The notes under the pieces: generated by a model | The model's input: the letters and a program-made list of their open reading frames with translations, nothing else | The model's database searches: none | Told to the model about the DNA's origin: nothing | Part shown: positions 12,871 through 26,368 of the stretch, in pieces | Layout of the letters: every line of letters begins with the position of its first letter | Numbering within the stretch: the first letter of the stretch is position 1 | Origin: the human T2T-CHM13v2.0 reference genome, Homo sapiens | Length of the DNA stretch: 64,000 bases | NCBI RefSeq assembly: GCF_009914755.1 | Contig: NC_060934.1 | Reading direction: 5' to 3' (one strand) | Position numbers and translations under genes: made by a program

Positions 12871-12949
12871 GTTTTCTCCCCAAGTTTTGAGGTTCAGCTG
12901 CATACTGCAACAGTGTTTTCTTTCCAAGTTTTGAGGTTCAGCTGTACTG
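12871..12949 (+). repeat. Local tandem duplication (44-bp period)
   Basis: CCAAGTTTTGAGGTTCAGCTG exact at 12880-12900 and 12924-12944. Confidence 0.9.
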
Positions 12950-15119
12950 AAGTGCTTGTCATTTATTGAGCACTTCATGCTTTCATACATCTCCTTTGCA
13001 TCTCACATTACGCATTTGACAATTTTGTTTGTTTAGTCTTTCCTGACCCCTCACCCTGCAACCCACCAGCAAGTTAGATGGTGGCCTATAGATGTTTTGC
13101 AAAAATCCTATCACTGGGAGTTCTCTGGTTTCTTGGTCCTACCCATTCTGTTCTCACCTGTTCAGATCTTGATCAAGCACCAGGTTTCAAAATCATCTTT
13201 CCCTTTAAATCTAGCCCCAGAATGTGTCCCTTCTCAATTATAGTAGCTGTTGTCTTGACTACACATGTAGCATTTAACCATAACACTGTTTCCTTGTTTA
13301 ATGGTGATGTGCATACACCCTTTCTGGTGGCAGGGACTGTGGCTATATTGTATTTCCCTAAGACAAGGGGGTGGGGCTCTTGATAAACTAGGTACAACAA
13401 GCTTATTTTCCTTTCTTTGGGAGGGACATGTTGCTGGTTCCAGGAGCCCCCTTAACTCAGCATCTGATGTCTTAAACACTATCCCTCAGGGGTTCCAGGA
13501 CTAGAGAACTCACACACTGCATACTCTACTGCTAATGGTTCCTATTGTCGGTCTGTCTCTATCAATTATAAGTTAATCTAATACATCAATGGTAACAATT
13601 TCCCATACAAATAATTATCCTATTTAAAATTGAACTCAATTGCATTTATCTACAGTTTCACTAGATCTCTCCATGACACCTGCAGTATTTTAGAAGTCAT
13701 GGTGATTTACAAGTAGAAGATTCTGCATTTGATAGGCCAGGGTTTCCTGGAGTTTTAATCCAAGCCCTATTCACTACAGATCAAGCCACTGTACCTGCTT
13801 TTCCAGAAGGGTAGGGAACTCAAACTCAGTCTGATGTGGTTACACTCAAGTAAACAAACACACACCTTACCCAGGGGCCCAGAACAAATAACAAACAATC
13901 GGGGAAGAGGGCATGACCTCTCAGGTAGATTACCTCCTCATTGTCATTTCTATTTTCGGTAGAATGGCTGATTTAACAGGTCTCTATATCCACCGGGGAC
14001 TCCCTGGTTGTGCTGATGTTTGCTGTAGTTACCAGCCTAATGGCTGCTTTGTAAATTGTTTGGATTTGCTAATAATTCCTAATGAGGATAATTAAGCAAA
14101 CAAAGCAATGGGTAGAGAATAGAGTGTGTAAATACGGATACATTTAATGATGCACTGACTGATGATTTCTGTTCCTTGGTTGTTAACTGTGAGAATCTAC
14201 CCCAAAGATGCTTGAGGTGTGAGCAGACACAGGGTGCTGCCACAGTTGCTTTTTCTGGATCTCTGTATTCTCCTCCCCTCCCTTAACACCCCTTCCACTC
14301 TCCTTTACTTCTTTCTTTCTCCTTCCCTCCCTCCTCACTCCCTCCTGCCCTCCATCTTCCTCCCTGTGGGAGGAGGAGTTAGGTCAGGTCAATACATTAG
14401 CAAGGATTTTAGGAAAAGGGTGGTTATTCTCTATGAATCTAACTAATTAGGCTTCTTGCACGGATGGAGAATTTTAGGGGGTTGGTGTGTTAGAAAGCAG
14501 TGTGACTTGGCAACTGCCAAGGGACTGGGGGACAAAACCACTGAGAAGACTGCTGGTCTGGCTGGCAAAGGCAGTGGAGTTGGGAGTCAAATATGGCGAG
14601 GTGACAGGACAGGTCTGTGATAGACACCCCCCCAGCAGAAGCACCTGGACCCAGGTAAATGGAGGCTGTTTTTTGGAAGCGATGAAACGGAACTTTGACA
14701 AAATGAAATGATTTTAATTTCAAGAACTTCACAGGGGAGTTTGGAAGAAAGCTCCTGTGGAGATGTGGGTTCAATCTACCTCTTCACTGTGGTCAGTGCA
14801 TCTCACCTGCTAATGGGGTGTAATTTTGTGGAGTCAATGACATATATTAGAGTCCGGCTGCGTGTGGAGCAGGACCTACACATTGTGCAGTGGAGCGAGT
14901 GTGGGTTTGGGAAAGAACAGAGTGGAGTCCAGTCTGCGAAAAGAGCCACTGCAGTGCCTTAGGGCACTTCTACAATCATGAACAAAAAGTACACAGGAGT
15001 GCTGCCCAGACAGCAGGGGACATGTCTGGTCAGGTGGGTTACCTGAGCTTGTGTGTATGTGGGTCACAGTCATCTGTATTTAACATAGTATAAATTAACA
15101 CAGAGAAAGATGTGAAGGA

Positions 15120-15345
15120 TCAGAATTCACAAGCACATATTGCATTTGTCAAAGGAGAAACGATATCATCATACACCGTGGAGCTTCTGAAAAACTCCTC
15201 TGTGCCCTGGTGAGAGGATGAAGATGAGTGAGACAAGGCAAATAATGTCTTAGGATGATTACAAAAATTGTTTCAACTTTGTACATTCCTTGGAAAGATC
15301 TAACTATCCCTGTGGGTCCCCATCCTATGCTTTGAGAATTGTTCT
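15120..15345 (-). mobile_element. hAT-Charlie DNA transposon fragment (MER119-like)
   Basis: Minus strand resembles the Charlie1/MER119 end (…CTAAGACATTATTTGCC…GGAGTTTTTCAGAAGCT…ATGTGCTTGTG). Confidence 0.65.
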
Positions 15346-15699
15346 CAGGAAAGAGAGGATGAGTGTAGATTTCCATATGAGACGAGTGATGAAGAAAGTA
15401 AGAACTGTTGTATATAGTTTAGCAGCTCAATTATAATTTCCTTCTTGCACCAGATGAGCCTTGAAAACAGAAACCACCACTAGCCTGTTTCTTCGCCCTT
15501 GTCACTTACCATCTCCCTTGCTCTAGGTGTCTGGGGCTCTGTCTTTGTCTGTGTCTTTCTCTTCCTCTGTGCTGCTTTTCCCTTTTTCTCACTTCCTTTC
15601 CCTCTTTGACTCCCTCTTCACCTACCCTCTCCTCTTTTTTCTCCTCCCTGCTTCTTCAACTCTCTCACTGAATGTCTCTATCTCTGTATTTTTTCTTTC

Positions 15700-17130
15700 T
15701 CCATAAGTAACCAGTATCCCCCTTTCACTCCCAATATTGTTCATTTGCCACTTCCCATATGTTTTCTTGATATACCTTGCCAAAGTTGACAACTGTGTTT
15801 GTCTGTTCAACAAACTAACTTTTCGCCATTAAAAATATCCTTTTCTATGACATTAATTTCTCCCCCTTATGCTTCTCTTTCTTCTAGCTTCTTTGGGTGT
15901 ATTCCAATAGTTTTTTTTCTTCCTCTAAATTTTTAAGTGATACACTTAGCTTATTTTCAGTCCTTCTTTTCAAATATATATGTGTAAGGCTGTAACCCTC
16001 CAGGTATAATTTTACCTTTTAAAATTGTCATTTACATTTTAGACTCAGGGGCTATATGTGCAGGTTTCTTGCAAGGACATATTGCATGATGCTGAGGTTT
16101 GGGCTTCTGTTGAATCCGTCACCCAAATAGTGAGCCTAGTATTTAATAGAAAGTTCTTCAGCCCTTGCCATTCTCTCCCACTCACCATTCTTGTAGTCTC
16201 CAGTGTTTATTGCCTCCATCTTTATGTCTGTGTGTACTTAAGATTTAGCCCCTACTTATAAATGAAAATATGTGATATTTGGTTTTCTGTTTCTGTGTTA
16301 ATTTGCTTAGGATAACGGTCTCCAGCTGCATCCATGTTGCTGCAAAGGACAGGATTTTATTCTATTTTATGGCTGCATGGTATTCCATGGTGTATATGTA
16401 CCACATTTTCTTTATCCAGTCCACCATTGATGGGCACCTGGGTAGATTCCATGTCTCTGCTATTGTGAATAGGGCTGTGACAAACACATGAGTGCAGTTA
16501 CCTTTTTTGGTAGAATGATTTATTTTTGTCTGGGTACAAATATAATTTTAAATGCATCTCACAGATTTCATAAATAGTATTTTTGTCATCATTCAGTTTT
16601 AAGCATTATATTTTTATTTCTTATTTGACCCACAAGATATTCTGTTGTGTTTAAAAATTCCTAAATATATATGTGTATATACACATTTTAATGTTATATT
16701 TTTAATAATGAATTTTATCCTAATTGTGTTCCAAGCAGACAGAAAATGCAATCTGTATGATACCAATTCTGTGGCATTTATTGAGACATCATTGTGGCTT
16801 ATTACAGAGTCAACTTTCATAAATGTTTCATGGATGCTTGAAAAGGATGTATATTCTTTATTTATTGAGTGTACTTGTCATGTACATGTACATGAGCTCA
16901 AATTTACTAATTTTGTTGTTATGTTGTGTTCTGTATCTTTTCTGATTTTTACTTGCTTGATTTATCAAGTTCTAGGAGGGATATCCTGAAAGTTCTCATG
17001 TGACAGAGGATTTCTCTACATTCTGATAATTTTTGCTTAACATATTGTGAATGTTATTATATGTATAGAAGTTTAGGCTTTTTATATATTTCTGGTGAAT
17101 TGAAACTTTGGTTGCATAAAATGACTTTTA
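15700..17130 (-). mobile_element. Old L1M ORF2 fragment (host of the L1PA16-like insert)
   Basis: T-rich antisense L1 ORF2-like sequence, e.g. GCTTGAAAAGGATGTATATTCT. Confidence 0.6.
16015..16540 (-). mobile_element. L1PA16-like 3' end
   Basis: Antisense L1PA 3' UTR (GTGCAGGTTT…ATATTGCATGATGCTGAGGTTTGGGCTTCT); exact TSD TATAATTTTA at 16005-16014 and 16541-16550. Confidence 0.85.
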
Positions 17131-18306
17131 TCAAATGACTTGCCCCCATCTGAGGGTATTCTCCTTGAGGACTCCTGGCTATTTGAAAAATTCCTGACCT
17201 AGCCTCATATTATTCTTAGAGATCTAAGCATTGTTTCATATTTTTGGAGAAGCTGTGGCATATTTAAACATAGATCCCAGGGCTTCAGAGATTAACAATG
17301 TCCTAATGAAAGCTTCAGTCTTCAGACCTTATTCATTTCTCTAAATTCATGCTTGCTTTGTTTGCGTTTTCTTTATCTGTTCCTCCCCACTCCCCTGGCT
17401 GGCTTCTGATGATTCTCTTACTTCCCGTGTATTTGAAAAGTTTTAAAAATCATTCCTTGACTATTATATCTGTCATCTATGTGTCCTTTTTTGGAGGATT
17501 TCTCCACCCAAACATCTATCATGGTATTTTTTCAGGAATGGAAATCGCATTCTCAATTCTTCACACATATATGGTGTGTGTCTCTGTGACTCACCTTAAT
17601 TCCTTTACTTTATCCTTTCTATTATTTTAACTACTATTACTAAGGCAATACTTTCTTTTGTATTACTGATTATAAAGTAATTCATATACATGGTAGAAAG
17701 TTTGAAAACCAATGCAAAGTATTGAGGAGAAAAAACTACTCATAATAATTATTAGAATCACATAGCATTTGGGGGGGTCAGATTTGTTAAGATACAATTT
17801 GTATATCTCAACTTGTATAAGATTTACCTCTTTTAACTGTACAAAGAGACCACTTTTGACAAATATTTACTGCAGTGTAATCAGCACAACAATCGTGATC
17901 TAGAACATTTCAGACACCTCAGATAGTTCTTTTATGCCCGTTTGCAATTAATTCTCTCCCTGCAACTCCTGACCCCTGAAAACCACTGATACACCACTGA
18001 TATATTTTTGTCTGTTCTAGAATTTTACAAATACAGAGTCATATAGTATGAAGTCTTCTGTGTTTGTCTTCCTTCACTTACCATAATTCTTTTGAGAGGC
18101 AATGCTGTTGCATTTATTTAGTAGTCTTGTCTTCATTTTAAATTCTGAGTAGTATTACATTGTATGGATATTTTAAAAATTATTTTTCCATTTCCCATTT
18201 GGTAGAAATTTGGATTGCTTTCAGCTTTTGACCATTGTGAGTAAAAATACTACTGTGAAAATTCTGTACCATTTTGGATTTCCACCAGCACCAACACTTG
18301 GTATTG

Positions 18307-18542
18307 CAGTTGTCCCTTGGTATCCACCAGGGATTGGTTCCAAGACCCTATGCGTTCCAAAATAAATACTTGTTCAAATCTTGCAGTGGGCCCTGCACAA
18401 CCAGCAGATACAAACATTCAGCCTCCCATATACACAAGTTTTGCATCCCATGAACACTATTTTTATGCCATGTTTAGTTGAAACAAATCCACATATAAAT
18501 GGACCTGTGCAATTCAAACCTGTGTTGTTCAAGGGTCAGCTG
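18307..18542 (+). mobile_element. MER8 (TcMar-Tigger non-autonomous element)
   Basis: Termini CAGTTGTCCCTTG…CAAGGGTCAGCTG, ~236 bp, TA on the right flank. Confidence 0.85.
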
Positions 18543-21406
18543 TATTTTTAAATTTCAGCCATTCTACTGTATGTATATCAGTGTCTTACTTTAGTTTTTT
18601 AATTTCCATTCTCAATGAATAATAATTTAGAGCATGGTTTTCATATGGTTATTTTGCATCTGCATATTATTTTTGGTGAAGTATTCACATCTTTTGCCCA
18701 TTAAAAACTGAGTTGTTTGTCTTCTTAGTATTGAGTTGTGTTTATACATTCTTATATATTTAGATATTTTGTAGGTTATCTCATTACTTTCCCAATAGTG
18801 TCTCTTGCAGAGCAAAATATTTTAATTTTGATGAATTCAAATTTACCACTTTTTCTTTCAGACTGCATTGCATCCTATTTTAAAAATACATGGTTAATCT
18901 GAGATTATTAAGATTTTCTCCTATGTTTTTAGTAGAAATTTTATAGTTTTACCCCTTCTATTTAAGTCGATGATCCATTTTAAATAAGTTTTCATGTATA
19001 ATGTGTGAGGTAAGAGTTAATGTTTCTCTCTGTCTCTCTCTGCATGTGGATAACTAACTCTTCCAGTATAATTTGTTAAAAGTTTATTTCCCCATTGAAA
19101 TGTCTTGGCACCTTTGTTGAATAGCAGTTAACCTTATTTATGCAGGTCTAGTTCTGAACTCTACATTCTGTTCTTTTGCATAATAATCAGTATGCCAACA
19201 TCACATTTTCTTGTGACAATATGGCTTTCTGGTGAGTATTAGGTAGTGTAAGTCCTCCAACTTTCTTCTTTCTTTACAAAATTGGTTTGGCTCTTCTAGA
19301 TGACATTTGCATTTTCATGTACATTTTAGGATTAGTTTGCCAATTTCTACCAAAAATCTGCCAAAATTTTGATGGGAATTACATTGAATATATAGATGAA
19401 TTTGGAAAGAATTGCACTCTTAAAAAAATTGAGTGTATCTCTCTATTTATATAGATCTTTAATAATTTATCTCAGCAATACATTGTAGTTTTCAGTATAC
19501 AGTCTTGCATATCTTTGTTTAATTTCTAACTAGATATTTCATAATTTTATGAGCAGTATTACTTTAAAGTTTTATTTTCTGATTTTTCATTGCCAGTATT
19601 TAGGAATAAAATAAATTTTAGATGTAGACCTTGTATCCCATGACTTTTGTAAAGTCATTTATTGGTTCTAGTGGATTTTTTATAGATTATTTGGGTTTAC
19701 CAGATAGATCGTCAAGTTGTCTCTTAGTAGAGATTGTTTTACTTCTTCCTTTCCAGCATATATGCATTTCAATTCTTTTACTTGCCTTATTACACTGGCC
19801 ATTCATTATAACATTGAGTAAAAGTGGTGAGAATATTTTTGTCTTGTTCTTTATTTTGGGGGAAGGAAAATCAGTCATTCTGTAAGGACTACTAAATAGA
19901 ATAACTACAGCTTTGATGTAATGTCATTTATTAAGTTGAGGAAATTGTCTTCTATTTGCAATTAGCAGTTTTTAAATCATGGATGAGTGCTGAAATTTTA
20001 TAAGATTTTGTTTGATTGTATCTATTGACATTATCATGTAGTTTTGTTTTTTTTTTTCAGTTTGTTAATACAGCAAATTAGATTGATTGCTTTTTGAATG
20101 TCAAGCCAATCTTGAATTCCTAATATAAACCCCCTTTGGTCATGATATATATTAGCTTTTATATATTGCTGGACCTGATTTGCTAATAATTTGTTAAGGA
20201 TTTTGTGTATATATTCACAAGAGATATTAGTTTGTGGTGCCTTTTATGCGATGTTTGTGTCTGGTTTTGGTATCAGGGCAATGCTGGCCTCATATAAATT
20301 AGGATATGGTTCTGCATCTTCTCTTTTCTAGAAAAATTTGTGCAGAATTAGTATTTCTTCTTAATTGTTTGTTTGAATTAATTAGTAAGTCCTAGAATTT
20401 TCTTTATGAGTAGAATTTTAACTATAAAGTAAATTAATTTTATTTTTGTTTTCCTTTGAGACTATAGAGGTTATGTCTTGTTATCTATTTTTTGAGTGCC
20501 TTGTCTATAAATACCAAATCATTTATCTGTTTTATCAAAAGTGTTGAATTCATTAGCATAAAGCTGTTCATAATACTCTTTATTATTATTTTAATATCTA
20601 TAGGCTCTGCACTGATGCCTCATTTCTGCTATTGGTAATTTATATCTTTTTTCTTTTGGTTCATGACTAACCTCTAACTAGGTTAGTCATAAACCTGTAA
20701 CTAGAGCTTTATTAATTTTATTGTCCTTTACAAATAACTAGATATTTAACTTGCTGGTGTTTTCTATTTTTTTCTGTTTGTTTGTTTTAGCTTATTGGTT
20801 TCTGTTCTTATGTTTACTATTTTCTACTTCTAATTATTCAGTGTTTAATTTTTCTATTTTTTTTCAAATTTCTTAAGGTAGGAGGTTAGGCTATTGATTT
20901 TAGACATTTATTGTTTTCTAATATAAGCGTTAATGCTAAAAAATTTCCTCTATGCACCGCTTTAGTTTCATGTCACAAACTTTGACATGTTCCAATGTTC
21001 ATTCTGTTTAATGTATTTAAATATTCCCATTTTGATTTCTTTGATCCCATCACTACCCTCTGGTGTTTTACCTAATTTCCAAATATTTGAGGATTTTCTT
21101 GATATTTTCTAGTTTTGGTTTCTGATTCCACTGCAGTTAAAGAACATACTCTATATTATTTCAGTCCTATTATTTGGAAATAATGTGTCTCTTGTTGAAT
21201 TTTTCTCTTTACTATTATGTATTTTTGGCAATAGTTATTGCTCTAAAAGTTATATTTTCTGATATTAATATAACCAAATAAGCTTTCTTTTCAGTGTTAG
21301 CACAGTATATCGTTTTTCATACATTTACTTTTAAGCTGTATGTTTTTGTTTGTTCAAAGTGAGTTTCTTCTAGACAACATTTAGTTGGATTTTGCTTTTT
21401 CAAAGT

Positions 21407-21813
21407 TTTTTATTTTATTTTACTCTAAGTTCTGGGATACACGTGCAGAATGTGCAGGTTTGTTACATAGGTATACATGTGCCATAGTGTTTTGCTGCAC
21501 CTATCAACCCAACATCTAGGCTTTAAGCCCTGCATGCATTAGGTATTTGTCCTAATGTTCTCCCTCCCCTTGTCCCTGACCCCCCTATGGGCCCTGGTGT
21601 ATGTTGTTCCCCTCCCTGTGTCCATGTGTTCTCATTATTCAACTCCCACTTGTAAGTGAGAACATGTGGTGTTTGGTTTTCTGTTGCTGTGTTAGTTTGC
21701 TGAAAATGATGGCTCCCAGCTTCATCCATGTCCCTGCAAAGGACATAATCTCATTCTTTTTTATGGCTGCATAGTATTCCATGGTGTATATGTGCCACAT
21801 TTTCCTTATCCAA
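21407..21813 (-). mobile_element. L1PA8-like 3' end
   Basis: Antisense 3' UTR with TAAGCCCTGCATGCATTAGGTATTTGTCCTAATG. Confidence 0.88.
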
Positions 21814-21942
21814 TTAGATTGGATTAAAAAAATCCCATCTAACAATCTCTGACTTTAAATGGGATTATTTATATCATTCACTTTTCATTTGATGATTGGA
21901 TGGTTGACTTTAAATATTTACTTGTAGGATTATCTTGAGGGT

Positions 21943-22027
21943 TGATAACTTCATATATTAATATATGCAGTTATTAGAGCAGTGCCTAAAACATATGAAG
22001 TTCTCACTAAACATTTGCCGTTATTAA
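21943..22027 (+). mobile_element. MIR fragment
   Basis: MIR 3' part (TTAGAGCAGTGCCT…ACTAAACATTTGCCGTTATTA). Confidence 0.6.
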
Positions 22028-22693
22028 ATGACTCTTCCAGGGGCAAGCATGTAGTAAACACCAGAGTCTAAATTAACCTCATCTCTCCTAACTTGAATAT
22101 ATACTTTTTCCTTTACATAAAGGTGATGTGACTATTTAAATTATGATCATTAAAAACCTTGATGAATTCTTTGTTGTTTCCTTCTTGGCTGCTAAGCTCA
22201 TAAATTCAGTTTGAGCTTCAGTTATGTGATTCTGAGCTGTCCAATGATGACAGATTCCTTACATACCACTCTATCATATATTTATGAAATAATTTATATT
22301 TTTGTTGTCCTTGGGGCATCAAATATTTCTTTGGATGTCTTTGACACCAAGTTCATTTTCTCTCTCATGATGGCAGAGATACTTTTTGTATATCACTAGA
22401 AATACAACTGTCATACTTCCTGGTAGAAAGTAATGTTTAGGGTATGGGCTTAGATATAGGGAAGAAATGATGACAAATCAGATAGTCATGAGGGTTTTGA
22501 GCATCGCTGGGCTTTCACGATACCTTCTTCTCTGTTATTAAAGTAGGGCAAAAAGCCATTCATTATGTGATTTTTGTCTAGGCAAATATTTATCTAGTTC
22601 AATTGTAGATTTAACCTTGTTGGGGTCCAAGGATGCTTTCCATGGTGTTCTTGAATTGGACTGGCTTAGAGAGCTAAGGATCTCTGTAACTAA

Positions 22694-23116
<423 letters not shown>

Positions 23117-24172
23117 TCCTTTGTTTTTAATTAAGGAAAAGGACATCAATATCTTCCATATTGAAGGGAGTGGAAGGCGGGACTAATTATATATATATTA
23201 TCTTTTACTTCCATGATTTTTTTCTCCTTTTGGGAGTTCGCAAATAGTTTTTTGATGACGGCAAATACTCCTCATTGCTAATTTTTGGTGACAGAGAATA
23301 TTAACTCTTTCTTCTTTAGAAAATAGGAGGAGGGGAAGCCCTCTCTTCTACTTTGAATTAGAGTACGTGCTTCATTTGTTTGTGACGAACCGCCCTTGGG
23401 GAACTTTTCCTTTCCTTCTTTCCTAGATTAACAATGGTACCAGCACGTGCAGAAAAGAAAGAGTCTCCGCTTGTCTTTGTCTGATTCTCCTGTCCTCTCC
23501 ATGGAAGTTACATTTTCTGTAAAGGATGAGCTGAAAATTCTCCTGGTCGTTGCCAGTTGAACTTCTGCTGTGCTCTGGGAAGGCATTCTCACTCTGTTTA
23601 TGTTGTCTAAGTGCAGACATGGATGTGCAGGTTTGCTAGAACCTCCTGAGGATGTGCAATGGTTCTGTTCATGCCTGAATCAGTTCTTTTGGGAGTGGAC
23701 ATTCTTTCTCTCCCTCATGCACAGCCTCAGGCACATGGCTTGAGCTATGGCGGCACGCAGTATGGCCATCACCCAGGTACACCCCTTCCCTAAGAAGAGG
23801 CTCTTCAGGTTACACTCGGGTACTGTTGTTATCTGGCTTATTGTCCATAGGATCAACATAGAGTCCTGAGGTCAGTTCAAACCATCAAACCAGGGATGTT
23901 ACTTATTATTTGAAAACTTCTTTGGAAAGATAATCTTGGGTTGTTCAGTGGGACCAGTCTTTGACGGGCAAATCTCCAGAATACATGGGGTCAGTTCTCT
24001 CAGGTTCAGGAAGCATGTAATCTCTCTAAGATTCATTAATTAAAAAAAAAAGACACATGCATAGAAAAATAGAACAAAATGGAAACTCTTTATTGGATAC
24101 CTACTATGGGTTATGTGCCAGGGTTTCCTAATCATTTGGGGACATGTGTGTATAAACAAAACCAGGCTATGT

Positions 24173-24680
<508 letters not shown>

Positions 24681-26265
24681 GACCTGCCTATGTCTTCATG
24701 AACTTTGCAGTATAGTGGTAGAATATGTGAGGGCCTGTTCTGTTGTGCTTCTTGGACACTCGGTGGGTTTACGCAACCTCAATCAGGAGCTCTGAACACC
24801 GTCAGGCCTTAGCCAAAATCTCTATAAAGTAATTTCTATGTATGAGTGCCAACTGCTAGGGGCAGTTCTGCTGAGCAAACTCTAAAGTTGTATGCACGGG
24901 CTTACAGTTATAACTCATTTGGGGCTGAGAGGAGAACCTGTTATTTGGTTTCCTGTCTCCTGATCCAGATGTTACATTTTGTCGTGGGCATGGAAAGCCC
25001 CCAAACTCCCCCAAGACAGTACCTAGTTCATTCTGGGAGGTTCCAGGTGTCCTGTCTTTTGTATTTCCAGAGGAGTTAATGGAAGAGTATAGAAACTCTG
25101 CTCTCTATCCTGTAGCTTCCTTGCTACACAAGTTAATTTGGGATTAGATATTTTACCTCTTGATAAAGTTTTAGTATTTTGTGAGACAAAAACTGAGTTG
25201 AGGTAGAAATATTTTTCTGTCATGGGACATTACTCAGGATGCAATAAACTGTGTTTTGCTTGTGGCAAAATTTGCAAACCTTCACTCAGTGAAAAGGACA
25301 TGATTTTGTTAGCGATGAAGCCAGTGAAAAGTCAAATTTACCCATTTCTTTCCACATGGGTAATTTTTTGAGCATTGCACTCCCATTTATGGCATGTGCT
25401 CTGTTTTCATCGAGGACTATAATTAGACCAACAGGGGTGACTGTTTTAGCAAAAATGTAAAGACTCAGGAAGATACGTACCCCAGGATTGCATGAACCTA
25501 AATCTGGAGTCAGTTCTTAGTGGACTCTTTCCTTTCCCCATCATCATTACATTTAAAAAGTATGAACTTACTGGAAGCTTTATATAAACTAACACCTAAA
25601 GTTCTCTCAACCCAAGGTTGATTTGAGCATGTGTGTGTAAGTGCGTGGTGATGTCTAGTGCCAACTGATCCTGTCTAAAAGCCATTTCCTATTCTAATTA
25701 GTAGGTCAGCAGGCAGGTTAAAATATTAATTATAAAGCTGCCATCACTTATTAGGAGAAATCAGAATTCTTCTTAATTAAAACAGCTGCTAATTAATTTG
25801 CCCTTGACAACTCTAAGAAATAATAGAGCAAAAGAAAGAATAATTGGAAGTAAAACTGATGAAAATAGTTTAGATTTCATTTTAATCATTTGAGGAAATG
25901 TTACACTAAAAATAAGTAGCATAAATTATCAATTTGTCTAGAAAAAATTAGGACTTTTAGAAAGTTGCCAATGTGGCTATACCATTTTAAAAAATGTTTG
26001 TTTTTTTTCAGGCCCATCAATGAGAGAGACAACATTTAGATAGGAGTACTGGACATTTGAAAATTCTTACACCCTGTGATGTGACATGGAGAAGTGACCA
26101 ACACAACTTTGCCAACTATACTCCATTCTTAGTAACTGCCGATTAGGAAGGATTTCTTTCTAAGTCTGTCACTAATTCAACTGTTATTCACAAGAGAAGT
26201 AGAGGCAAATGATAGCAGCTTGATCGTTGATTTTTGATTTAGATGATCAATGATGTTCAGAATAG

Positions 26266-26368
26266 TGTTTGTATGTGTGAGCATGGATGTGTATGTCGTG
26301 TGTGTGTCTGTGTATGTGGTGTGTGTGTCTGTGTATATTGTGTGTGTGTGTGTGCATGCGTGTGTGCA
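26266..26368 (+). repeat. Degenerate (TG)n microsatellite
   Basis: ~100 nt TG-rich alternating tract. Confidence 0.9.

Larger units (their letters stand above)
17783..21925 (-). mobile_element. Old LINE-1 (L1ME1/L1MB-like) 3' UTR and ORF2 remnant
   Basis: L1ME-type 3' end at 17783-18250, then ~3.5 kb of T-rich antisense ORF2. Confidence 0.75.

Noticed and set aside
22240-22520. ATGATGA box C-like words suggesting a snoRNA
   Set aside because: No properly spaced terminal CTGA box D or terminal stem.
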